Shown here in pieces: positions 17,511 to 26,796 of a DNA stretch of 37,787 bases. How positions within the stretch are numbered: position 1 is the stretch's first letter; each line of letters starts with the position of its first letter. Below the pieces are notes generated by a model, which ran no database searches, had not been told where the DNA came from, and saw nothing but the letters and a program-made list of their open reading frames with translations. Made by a program: the position numbers and the translations under genes. This stretch comes from an uncultured Clostridia bacterium (GTDB lineage: Bacteria > Bacillota > Clostridia > TANB77 > CAG-508): positions 1 through 37,787 of the forward strand of contig CALYAI010000003.1 in assembly GCA_944393475.1 (NCBI GenBank), read 5' to 3'.

Positions 17511-19664
17511 TTACCCTATTTTCATAGAAAGTTTTACTTTTTGTCTTTCATTATCTATTCCAATAACTTTTACCTTTACAATATCTCCTACAGATACTAT
17601 GTCTGATGGATTTTTTACAAATTTTTCACTCATCTCTGATATGTGGACAAGTCCATCATGTTTTACTCCAATATCCACAAATGCTCCAAAGTCAATAACA
17701 TTTCTTACTGTTCCTGTTAATATCATTCCCTCTTTTAAATCCTCGAACTTTAGTACATCCTGTCTTAATATTGGTTTTGGCATATCTTCCCTAGGATCTC
17801 TTCCTGGTTTAGAAAGTTCATCTATTATATCTTTTAATGTCATTTCTCCTACATCAAGCTTTTTAGCGGTTTCTCCAAGTTTTACATCCAATAGTTTCTT
17901 TCTTATTTCAACTAATTTTTCTTTATCCTTTAAATCTTCAGTTCCATATCCTAGTGATTTAAGTAATTCTTCTGCTATTCCATAACTCTCTGGGTGAACA
18001 GCTGTATTTTCCAATGGATTTTTTCCATCAGGAATTCTAATAAAGCCTGCACATTGCTCGAATGCTACTTTCCCTAATTTTGGAACTTTTAATAATTCTT
18101 TTCTTTCTTTTAATTTTCCATTTTCGTCCCTATATTTAACAATGTTTTTTGCAATAGTTTTATTTATTCCAGATACATAAGAAAGTAATGATGGGGTAGC
18201 TGTATTAACATCAACTCCTACTTTGTTAACACTATCTTCTACTACACCTGCTAAGCTTTCTTCCAATTTCTTTTGATTTACATCATGTTGGTATTGACCT
18301 ACACCAATTGATTTTGGATCTATTTTTACAAATTCTGCAAGTGGATCTTGTAATCTTCTTGCAATGGAAATTGCCCCTCTTATAGAAACATTTATGTCTG
18401 GATACTCTTCTGTTGCAAGTTTAGATGCAGAATATACAGATGCTCCTGCTTCGCTTACTATTGTGTATAATACTTTGTGATCACATTTTTTTATCATTTC
18501 AGAAACAAACATCTCGGATTCTCTTGAGGCTGTTCCATTTCCTATTGCAATCATATCTACATGGTCTTTATTTATTAATCTAACTAATTCCTTTTCTGCT
18601 CCAACTATATCATTTTGTGGCTCTGTTGGATATACTGTTGTAATATCCATTACTTTACCTGTTTCATCTATTATTGCAATCTTACAACCAGTTCTATATG
18701 CTGGGTCAAATCCCATAACAGTAATTCCTTTTATTGGGGCTCCAAGTAATAATTGTTTTGCATTTTTCCCAAAAACTTTTATTGCTTGTTCTTCTGCTTT
18801 TTCCGTTAGATCTGATCTTATCTCCCTATCTACAGATGGCTCTATTAATCTTTTAAAGCTATCTTCCACAGTTGCTTTTAAATATTCTGTAAATTGAGTT
18901 TCTCCCTTTATTATGTCTTCTTCTATTTTTCCTAAAATCTTTTCTTCATCTTTTATGATTTTTACTTTTAAGAATTCTTCTTTTTCTCCCCTATTAATAG
19001 CAAGTATTCTATGGCTAGGCATTTTATTTACATTTTCACTATAGTCATAATACATCTCGTATGCAGATCTTTCATCTGGCTTTGTTGCTTTTGTTTCTAT
19101 AGTACCTTTAGAATATATCATTTGCTTTATCATTTTTCTATATTCTGGATTGTCAGATATCATTTCTGCAATAATATCCAATGCTCCCTGAATTGCCTCT
19201 TCTACAGTTTTTACTTCTTTTTCTTCATTAATAAACTGTTCTGCTATTTCTTTTATATCTCTTTTTTCTTCTTGAGCCAAAATAATTTCTGCTAAAGGCT
19301 CCAATCCCTTTGCTTTCGCAACAGTTGCTCTTGTCTTTTTCTTTTGCTTATATGGTCTATATATATCTTCTACTTCTGCAAGTGTTGTTGCATTTTGTAA
19401 GTCTTGTTTTATTTCATCTGTTAATTTCCCTTGCTCATTTATAGAATTTTCAACCTCTTCTTTTCTTTTTTCTAAGTTTCTTAAGTATGTTAATCTTTCG
19501 CCAAATGTTCTTAAGATTTCGTCCGAAAGACCTCCAGTTACTTCTTTTCTATATCTAGCTATAAAAGGAATTGTATTGCCTTCATCTATTAAATTTATAG
19601 TATTTTGCACTTGGCTTTGTTTAATATTTAATTCCTCAGCTATTATTTGTATAATTTTATCCAT
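17511..19664 (-). CDS. tex: Tex-family RNA-binding transcription accessory protein (YqgF, HHH and S1 domains)
   Basis: GNTIPFIARYRKE, GFDPAYRTGCK, AIGNGTASRESE, SIGVGQYQHD, and S1 FGAFVDIGVKHDGLVHISE. Probable start MDKII at 19664. Confidence 0.95.
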   Translation of the reverse strand: MDKIIQIIAEELNIKQSQVQNTINLIDEGNTIPFIARYRKEVTGGLSDEILRTFGERLTYLRNLEKRKEEVENSINEQGKLTDEIKQDLQNATTLAEVEDIYRPYKQKKKTRATVAKAKGLEPLAEIILAQEEKRDIKEIAEQFINEEKEVKTVEEAIQGALDIIAEMISDNPEYRKMIKQMIYSKGTIETKATKPDERSAYEMYYDYSENVNKMPSHRILAINRGEKEEFLKVKIIKDEEKILGKIEEDIIKGETQFTEYLKATVEDSFKRLIEPSVDREIRSDLTEKAEEQAIKVFGKNAKQLLLGAPIKGITVMGFDPAYRTGCKIAIIDETGKVMDITTVYPTEPQNDIVGAEKELVRLINKDHVDMIAIGNGTASRESEMFVSEMIKKCDHKVLYTIVSEAGASVYSASKLATEEYPDINVSIRGAISIARRLQDPLAEFVKIDPKSIGVGQYQHDVNQKKLEESLAGVVEDSVNKVGVDVNTATPSLLSYVSGINKTIAKNIVKYRDENGKLKERKELLKVPKLGKVAFEQCAGFIRIPDGKNPLENTAVHPESYGIAEELLKSLGYGTEDLKDKEKLVEIRKKLLDVKLGETAKKLDVGEMTLKDIIDELSKPGRDPREDMPKPILRQDVLKFEDLKEGMILTGTVRNVIDFGAFVDIGVKHDGLVHISEMSEKFVKNPSDIVSVGDIVKVKVIGIDNERQKVKLSMKIG

Positions 19665-19695
19665 TTCTTTCTCTCCCATCACACATATAAATTAT

Positions 19696-21279
19696 CTATT
19701 CTATACCTAAATATTCATTATATGTGCATTCCTTATCTACAATTTTTCCACCTTTTTTAATATCTATAATTCTATCTGCTACTGTTTGCATTAATTGATG
19801 GTCATGTGATGCAAATATCATATTTCCTTTAAATCTCTTCATTCCTTCATTTAATGCTGTAATGCTTTCCATATCTAGGTGGTTTGTAGGTTCATCAAAT
19901 ATTAGGAAGTTTGCACCAGATAGCATTATCTTAGAAAGTACACATCTTACTTTTTCTCCACCTGATAATACTTTTATATTTTTTAGTGCTTCATCTCCAG
20001 AAAATAACATTCTACCTAAAAAGCTTCTTACATATGTTTCGTCAGGATCTTTTGAATATTGTCTTAGCCAATCTGTTATATTTAAGTCTTGTGTAAACAA
20101 ATAACTATTATCCTTAGGGAAATATGCTTTTGTAATTGTTGTTCCAAAACTTATAGTTCCAGAATCCGGTTCCATTTCTCCCGCTAATATTTGGAATAGT
20201 ACTGTTCTTGCATTCTCGTTATCTGCTAATACTGCAATTTTATTATCTGCTTTTACAGTAAAGCTTACATTATCTAATAATTTTTCACCATCTACGGTTT
20301 TAGTTAGGTTTGTAACTGTTAATATATCATTTCCAACATCTCTATCAGGTTTAAAATCTATATATGGATACCTTCTATTAGAAGGTTTTATTTCGTCTAA
20401 TTGGATTTTTTCTAGAGATTTCTTCCTTGATGTTGCTTGTTTAGATTTAGATGCATTTGCACTAAAACGAGCAATAAATTCTTGTAATTCCTTAATCTTC
20501 TCTTCTTTCTTTTTATTTGCTTCTTTCATTTGTTTTAATGCAAGTTGACTAGATTCGTACCAGAAATCATAATTTCCTGGATATACTTTAATTTTTCCAA
20601 AGTCAACATCTGCAATATGTGTACATACTTTGTTTAAGAAATATCTATCATGTGATACTACAATTACAGTGTTTTCAAAATTAATTAAGAATTCTTCTAA
20701 CCATTGAATTGTAGTTAGATCTAGGTCATTTGTAGGTTCATCCAATAATAATACATCTGGATTTCCAAATAAACTTTGTGCAAGTAATATTTTTACTTTT
20801 TCCCTATCTTCAATTTCTTTCATTTGTTTATAATGGTTTTCTGGTGAAATTCCTAAGTCATTTAATAATGTTTCTGCATTTGTTTCTGCATTCCATCCAT
20901 CTAGTTCTGCAAATCTTTCTTCTAGTTTAGCCGCTTTCATTCCGTCTTCTTCCGTAAAATCTTCTTTTGCATATATTTCTTCTTTTTCTTTCATTATTTT
21001 ATATAGTTCTTGGTCACCCATTATAACCGTGTCCAATACACTATAATCATCATATGCAAAGTGATCTTGTTTTAATATAGATATTCTTTCTCCTTTATCT
21101 ATACTTACATCACCTTTACTTGGCTCTAATTCTCCAGAAAGAACTTTTAAAAAAGTAGATTTTCCTGCACCATTTGCACCTATTATTCCGTAGCAGTTTC
21201 CTTTTCCGAATTTAATATTTACGTCTTCAAATAAAACTCTTTTTCCAAAACGAACTGTTACACCATTTACAGATAGCAT
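19696..21279 (-). CDS. ABC-F family ATPase (YkpA/YbiT-like)
   Basis: Two ABC domains and no TM: GANGAGKST, LLLDEPTN, VSHDRYFLN, linker FIARFSANASKSKQATSRKK, LSGGEK, DEPTNHLD. Confidence 0.93.
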   Translation of the reverse strand: MLSVNGVTVRFGKRVLFEDVNIKFGKGNCYGIIGANGAGKSTFLKVLSGELEPSKGDVSIDKGERISILKQDHFAYDDYSVLDTVIMGDQELYKIMKEKEEIYAKEDFTEEDGMKAAKLEERFAELDGWNAETNAETLLNDLGISPENHYKQMKEIEDREKVKILLAQSLFGNPDVLLLDEPTNDLDLTTIQWLEEFLINFENTVIVVSHDRYFLNKVCTHIADVDFGKIKVYPGNYDFWYESSQLALKQMKEANKKKEEKIKELQEFIARFSANASKSKQATSRKKSLEKIQLDEIKPSNRRYPYIDFKPDRDVGNDILTVTNLTKTVDGEKLLDNVSFTVKADNKIAVLADNENARTVLFQILAGEMEPDSGTISFGTTITKAYFPKDNSYLFTQDLNITDWLRQYSKDPDETYVRSFLGRMLFSGDEALKNIKVLSGGEKVRCVLSKIMLSGANFLIFDEPTNHLDMESITALNEGMKRFKGNMIFASHDHQLMQTVADRIIDIKKGGKIVDKECTYNEYLGIE

Positions 21280-21298
21280 TTCTTTACCTCCTTAAATT

Positions 21299-22252
21299 TT
21301 AATTTAGCATATCCTTCTTTTTTAACCATACTACAGAAATTAATGTAAGCAGCGTGGCAATAAATATCATTATCCAAAATCCAAAAGGGCTTCTTTCGAA
21401 TGGTAATTTAACATTCATTCCCCAAAAGCTTGCAATCATTGTTGGTACTGCAATAATAATTGTAATTGATGTTAATGATTTCATAACTCCGTTTAGGTTA
21501 TTTGATATTATTGATGCATAAGCATCCATTGTTCCGTTTAGGATATCACTATAAACTTTGCTCATTTCTATAGCTTGCTTATTTTCGATTATTGCATCTT
21601 CTAGTATATCTTCATCTTCTTCATATAATTTTATATTCTTAATTTTTACTGTTCTTTCCATAACTGCTTCATTTGATCTTAATGATGTTGTTATATATAC
21701 AAGTGATTTTTCTAATGATAGTAATTTTAATAATTCTCTATTCTTCATTGAATTGCTTAATACATTTTCTGCAATCTCTGTTTCCTTATTAATTTTCTTT
21801 AAGTATTCCAAATAGTCTGAAGAATTATTATACATCATTTGTAATATAAATCTACTCTTTTTATATGTGCAAAATCCTTTTACTTTACCATTTTCGAATC
21901 TTTTTATTAAATTACATTCTCTTAAAGTAACAGTTATGAAATAATCATCTCTTACAACTATCATACCAATTGGCATTGTTGCATACATATAACTTCCCGT
22001 ATGTAATTTTTCTGTAATTGGTATATCTATAATGAATAAAATTGTATTATCTTCGTCCTCTATATCGATTCTGGCTTTTTCTTCGTTATCCAAAGCATAT
22101 CTTATAAAGTCTTCTTTTATATTTACGTTTTGGCAAACTTCTTTTATTTCTTCTTCCGAAGGATCTACCATATGTATCCATGTTCCTCTAGTATATGTAT
22201 TAACAGTTTCTAATTTATTTGTTTGCATATTAGTATTGTATAACTTTATCAT
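21299..22252 (-). CDS. corA: CorA-family Mg2+/Co2+ transporter
   Basis: SIISNNLNGVMK and FWGMNV (GMN signature), two C-terminal TM. ATG 22252 follows AGGTAGGGG. Confidence 0.92.
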   Translation of the reverse strand: MIKLYNTNMQTNKLETVNTYTRGTWIHMVDPSEEEIKEVCQNVNIKEDFIRYALDNEEKARIDIEDEDNTILFIIDIPITEKLHTGSYMYATMPIGMIVVRDDYFITVTLRECNLIKRFENGKVKGFCTYKKSRFILQMMYNNSSDYLEYLKKINKETEIAENVLSNSMKNRELLKLLSLEKSLVYITTSLRSNEAVMERTVKIKNIKLYEEDEDILEDAIIENKQAIEMSKVYSDILNGTMDAYASIISNNLNGVMKSLTSITIIIAVPTMIASFWGMNVKLPFERSPFGFWIMIFIATLLTLISVVWLKKKDMLN

Positions 22253-22305
22253 TTCGTAAATCCCCCTACCTTTCTTTTTATTTGCCAATTTGTTTTAATA
22301 CATTA

Positions 22306-22333
22306 AATAGGAGCTTTATCCAAAGCTCCTATT
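22306..22333 (-). terminator. Hairpin between the adhesin operon and corA
   Basis: AATAGGAGCTTT-4 nt-AAAGCTCCTATT, a perfect 12-bp stem. Confidence 0.7.
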
Positions 22334-22335
22334 CT

Positions 22336-22364
22336 AGTTTACATATTTTTTATTTCTTTGTCAA
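22336..22364 (-). promoter_or_regulatory. SigA promoter for corA-ABC-F-tex
   Basis: Minus strand TTGACA-17 nt-TAAACT. Confidence 0.7.
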
Positions 22365-22371
22365 GTTCTAA

Positions 22372-25300
22372 TTATAAAACTTTTTTCTTAATTACTATAA
22401 CTCCTGTTACTAAAATTGCTAGTCCTACAATTGTTATAATTATTAATGTTAATTGCTTGTTTGCACCAAATGGTACAACAAATGTTAAGATTTCTGATCT
22501 ACCAGTGTCTAATTCTTCTATGTTTTCGAATGTTGTAGGGTCTGCGTTACCAGGTATTTCTACCTCTTCCTGTCCTGTTGTATCCTCATAATATGGTCTT
22601 CTACCATTATCTATTTTTAATTCGATTATTTCTGCTATATTTTGCATATCATCGGATGATGAAGTTTCTTCGGCACCTGCTATAACTCTTACACATCGTA
22701 TTATATCTGGAACATTTGCTGTTTCGCCTGGTTGTAGTTTTTGTCCTGAAGTTACACTTGTTTCTAGAGCTTCATCCAAACTTTCTGTTATATTATCAAA
22801 TACATCAGGTGATAAGTATTCTCCTCTGTAACTACTATCCAGTGTTACACTGTTTTGTTTATTTAATAGTACCTTCCAAACATCGTTTGTTTTTTCGTAG
22901 TCTAAAGCATTTGGAATGTAATCAATTATTTTTTCTGATGACATTTTGTTTATTGTATTCTTATTTTCTACATTTCCTGTATAATAATATGATTGTTCAT
23001 TATAGTCTATTTCACTGTAGTTTCTTACATAATATGTATATTCAACTGTTAATGAAGATCCGTATAGTAAGTTCTCGTCAACTGTTCCCTGGACTAAACC
23101 TGTTGTTACATTTCCATTTTCGTCATATTTATTTGCAACCCAAGTTAAGTTTGGTGCAGTTGATCTAGAATCGAATATTGTACTTCCATCAGTTGCTGTT
23201 AATTTTACATAAGTTACATTTTTGTTTAATACAATCTTTGTTCTTGGTCTTTCTATAATTCCAAAGTCTATATTATCTACAGAATAATTTGGTTGTTCTT
23301 TACCTAGGTATTCTACTTCTAGAGACATTTGTGCAGTATCTGCAAACATGCTTGTATTATTTGCAAGTTCTTCTAACATTGCATCATCTGCATCTCTTGT
23401 AGCATTTAATACTGTAGCATTTGAATATCTTAAAGTTTCGCTATATGCATTTACAGTCTCTCTTCTGTTCCAATCATCTTTTGCATCATTGTTTCTTGGT
23501 GTTGTATTTTGGTACCAGTATTTATCTGAATAATTTCCTTCTGTATAAATTGTTGATTTATAATCTTGTCCTGTATACATTTGGTCATTCATTTGTACTG
23601 CTTTTATACATGTTAGGTCACCATATGTAAATTGTAAATAGTAATCACCTGGTATATAACCACTTATTTCGTATGTACCGTCTTCATTTGTTCTTACTTC
23701 TTTAGGGTTTAAAGTATTTACATCTTCGTTTGTACAAATTAATTTTACAAAAACTTGGTTTACTTTAAATTCCTCATCTTGGTATGTTCCATCTCCGACT
23801 CTTTCATTATTTTTTAGTCTATCATCCAATGGTAAATCTTCGAATGCAATACCATTCATTTTTCTTTCTTCGTTATTTAATACTAATCTTAATGCTGGTG
23901 CAGCATCTGCATCATCTTCGAATACTTCCATACTACGTTTTGTTTTTGCTTCTCCACCTTGATTTTGATATTCTTGTGTTTTTGCATCTGCTACTAATTG
24001 TTGAACATCAGCATCTGTTGGGTTCATATTGTCCGGTGTAGAATCTATATCTAATAGACCTGCATTTTCACCTGCATTTGATATTGTATTTCCGTCTAAG
24101 TCTTTTCTATCGTTTGTATATGCATTTCTATAACCCGCAATTTCTGCAAAATTATCTTCATAAGTTTGTCCTTCTGAAAGAAGAGCTCTTAATGTATCAT
24201 TAGAAACTTTGTACTGAACAAATATCCATTTTTTATCTGTTATTCCTTCATTTGCTAAAGATGTTGTATGTAGTTTTTGGTATGTTTTACCATTTCCAGA
24301 TACAGTTCCAGATGAATTCCAACTGATTTGCTTATTGTTTTCATCATAAGAATTAACTAATTCGTATGATGTATCTGCATAGTCATTTAAGTCTAATACA
24401 TATCCTGTAATTTCTCCAACTGATTGGTTCTTTATTTGGATCTTGTATGTTACAAATACTTGTAATTTATCTCCATCATTATCATATTGTACATCTGACT
24501 TATATATAACATCTTCGCTTCTTAAACTTCTATTATAATTTGGTACATCTGTACCTCTTATTTCTATATTAAGATCTTCTCCGGCACCATTATAATCATA
24601 AGTATGTGTCTTTCCATTTATTTGTACATCAACTTTTATTAAGTCTTTTCTTAAGTTTAGGTCAAATTCTTCTCTTTCCTTAATACCAAAGTTTACGTTT
24701 CGTCTTACTTCCAATGATTTTCCTGCATTATATATTGTTAAACTTTGTAAACCATCTGATCCAGTATATGCATAAATCATAAACATTTCATTTGTAGTAT
24801 CATCCCTACTTGGATATGTATGTTGTGCATCGACTGGTGTAAATTTATCATTAAAAGCTCTTCTGTTTTCTTTACCGTCTGTTGCATGTGATTGTACTTC
24901 TACTGAAGCACCATCTTTTTGGTAAGTTGTTGGTTCATATATTTGACCATTATATTTAAATCTTACATAACATTCTAGATTTATATCCAGTTTGTCAAAT
25001 TCATAATATCCATTACCGTCGGTTGTTGTACTTGCAAGCTGTGTTCCATTTTGGTCAAATAACACTACTTCTACTCCTGATAGCATTACGTCTCCATTAC
25101 TTAGGATACCATCTTCTCTACCATCTTTTTGTGCAAGTTTATCTAAGAATACTTTTCCAGATAACTTCCATACTACATGTAATGGGAATTCACCATTATT
25201 GTATAGGAATGGATCATCTTTTCCATTTTCGTATTTATCTTGTACATCTACAACGAAGTAAATCATTGTATCTGCACCTTGGTAATACTCTGGCGAAGCA

Positions 25301-26796
25301 GTACCTTTTAATCCTTTAAGTGTTTTTTGTAATGTAATTGTTTTTGTATATGTGTCTCCACTTGCTGCCCAACCATTTTCATTTCCTGGTTGTAATATAT
25401 ATCCTGGTCCTGGTTCATCCACTAGTTCATATGTTGCACCCGGTGCTGATGCTCCCGGTCCTATGTTATATATTACCCATTGGAATTCTACCAAGTCCCC
25501 ATCATATATATAGGGAACTCCATTTTCATCTAAATCTTCTGCACTAAAGTATTTTTTATAATCTGGATATGTTACCTCTGTAACTTTAGCACTATTTTTA
25601 CCTCGATTTGCAATTGTTAATTTAGGTATTTCATTTATTGTAAATAGTCTTTTATATGTTCCATCATCTTGTAATCTTTGTACAGATTTTAGATATTTAT
25701 ATGCAACTAGTATTGGTTTTGCTGGTGGTACTTTTAATGTTAATGAACCATTTCCTTCTGTATGTGTTGCATTAAACACAGCTATTCTTTGACTTCCACC
25801 ACCACCAAGTAATAGGATTCTTCCAGCATATAAATCTGTTCCAGTTGTACTTAATGTTATACTTTGTATTTCATCTGCTATTCCATCTATATGTATATAA
25901 AAATCTTGACCACTAGGAATATCACTAAGTGCAATTTCTTCTTTGTTACTATTAAGTACTGTTACAGATCCATCTTCTGTAGAATATTTCTGATTTTTAT
26001 CATCTATTGTTATTCCGGTAACTTCGCCATTTCCAGAAAATTCTAATCTGTATGGTCCTAAGATTGTTTCTGTATCTGTAAATTCAATATCTGGATCTCC
26101 TTGCGAAGCATTTTTAACACCTCCAACACCTCCTTGTATTCCTTCTGCATATGCTTTTGCATCTTGATATACTCCTTGGTATCTAGATCCATAAGCAGTT
26201 GAACCATCTGTTTGCCATCCCGACCAATCTTTATATCCAGAATGTGCAAAAGCACTAAATGCACCGTTATAATTTTGAGCATGATTAGCAAAACAAACTA
26301 TATTACGAAGAAAGAAGTCATCATCACTTCCATTATCAGGTCTATTTGCCAACCAATTTGCAAGATACGCCATAAAACGTGCTCTTTTTACTATATCTGA
26401 ATCTGTAATATTCTGCAATCCGGCATTTCCATATAGCGTTGTTGGTGTATATACATTTAATCCTTGCCAATTATTTCCTAATGTTCCATTATAACTATTA
26501 TCTATATCGATTATAGCTAATATTTGATATGCCCCTTTATTAGGTGAAGAAGCTGTGTGTGGGTCTATACACGCTGCAGTTCTCTGATCAATTGTTCCTC
26601 TAGCAACTTCTACAGCACCAGCATATCTATAATCACTTGATAAAAATCCTGTTACTCCACTGGCAGCTGTTGCTAACTGTAAATCGGTATAAGATTTTAC
26701 GTTGTTTTTTGCTATTATAGCTATTCCTATAAAAATTATTAATATTAAGGCAAGATTAATTAAAACTTTCTTTTTAACTTCTTTTTTAGTTTTCAT
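22372..26796 (-). CDS. Large cell-surface adhesin-like protein (SdrD-B/CnaB-type Ig domains, C-terminal sorting signal)
   Basis: N-terminal signal/TM. Two SdrD-B-like domains (LSGKVFLD...TTTDGNGYYEF; MNGIAFED...RTNEDGTYEI..YIPGDYYLQFTY). C-terminus VVPFG + hydrophobic helix + KKKVL. Confidence 0.85.
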   Translation of the reverse strand: MKTKKEVKKKVLINLALILIIFIGIAIIAKNNVKSYTDLQLATAASGVTGFLSSDYRYAGAVEVARGTIDQRTAACIDPHTASSPNKGAYQILAIIDIDNSYNGTLGNNWQGLNVYTPTTLYGNAGLQNITDSDIVKRARFMAYLANWLANRPDNGSDDDFFLRNIVCFANHAQNYNGAFSAFAHSGYKDWSGWQTDGSTAYGSRYQGVYQDAKAYAEGIQGGVGGVKNASQGDPDIEFTDTETILGPYRLEFSGNGEVTGITIDDKNQKYSTEDGSVTVLNSNKEEIALSDIPSGQDFYIHIDGIADEIQSITLSTTGTDLYAGRILLLGGGGSQRIAVFNATHTEGNGSLTLKVPPAKPILVAYKYLKSVQRLQDDGTYKRLFTINEIPKLTIANRGKNSAKVTEVTYPDYKKYFSAEDLDENGVPYIYDGDLVEFQWVIYNIGPGASAPGATYELVDEPGPGYILQPGNENGWAASGDTYTKTITLQKTLKGLKGTASPEYYQGADTMIYFVVDVQDKYENGKDDPFLYNNGEFPLHVVWKLSGKVFLDKLAQKDGREDGILSNGDVMLSGVEVVLFDQNGTQLASTTTDGNGYYEFDKLDINLECYVRFKYNGQIYEPTTYQKDGASVEVQSHATDGKENRRAFNDKFTPVDAQHTYPSRDDTTNEMFMIYAYTGSDGLQSLTIYNAGKSLEVRRNVNFGIKEREEFDLNLRKDLIKVDVQINGKTHTYDYNGAGEDLNIEIRGTDVPNYNRSLRSEDVIYKSDVQYDNDGDKLQVFVTYKIQIKNQSVGEITGYVLDLNDYADTSYELVNSYDENNKQISWNSSGTVSGNGKTYQKLHTTSLANEGITDKKWIFVQYKVSNDTLRALLSEGQTYEDNFAEIAGYRNAYTNDRKDLDGNTISNAGENAGLLDIDSTPDNMNPTDADVQQLVADAKTQEYQNQGGEAKTKRSMEVFEDDADAAPALRLVLNNEERKMNGIAFEDLPLDDRLKNNERVGDGTYQDEEFKVNQVFVKLICTNEDVNTLNPKEVRTNEDGTYEISGYIPGDYYLQFTYGDLTCIKAVQMNDQMYTGQDYKSTIYTEGNYSDKYWYQNTTPRNNDAKDDWNRRETVNAYSETLRYSNATVLNATRDADDAMLEELANNTSMFADTAQMSLEVEYLGKEQPNYSVDNIDFGIIERPRTKIVLNKNVTYVKLTATDGSTIFDSRSTAPNLTWVANKYDENGNVTTGLVQGTVDENLLYGSSLTVEYTYYVRNYSEIDYNEQSYYYTGNVENKNTINKMSSEKIIDYIPNALDYEKTNDVWKVLLNKQNSVTLDSSYRGEYLSPDVFDNITESLDEALETSVTSGQKLQPGETANVPDIIRCVRVIAGAEETSSSDDMQNIAEIIELKIDNGRRPYYEDTTGQEEVEIPGNADPTTFENIEELDTGRSEILTFVVPFGANKQLTLIIITIVGLAILVTGVIVIKKKVL

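Noticed and set aside
19696-21279. Antibiotic-resistance ABC-F, or a broken ATPase (degenerate first signature and second Walker A)
   Set aside because: The linker FSANASKSKQATSRKK and this degeneracy pattern are typical of the housekeeping YkpA/YbiT subfamily.
22253-22371. M-box (ykoK) Mg2+ riboswitch before corA
   Set aside because: The predicted leader is only about 80 nt and lacks recognisable M-box sequence.
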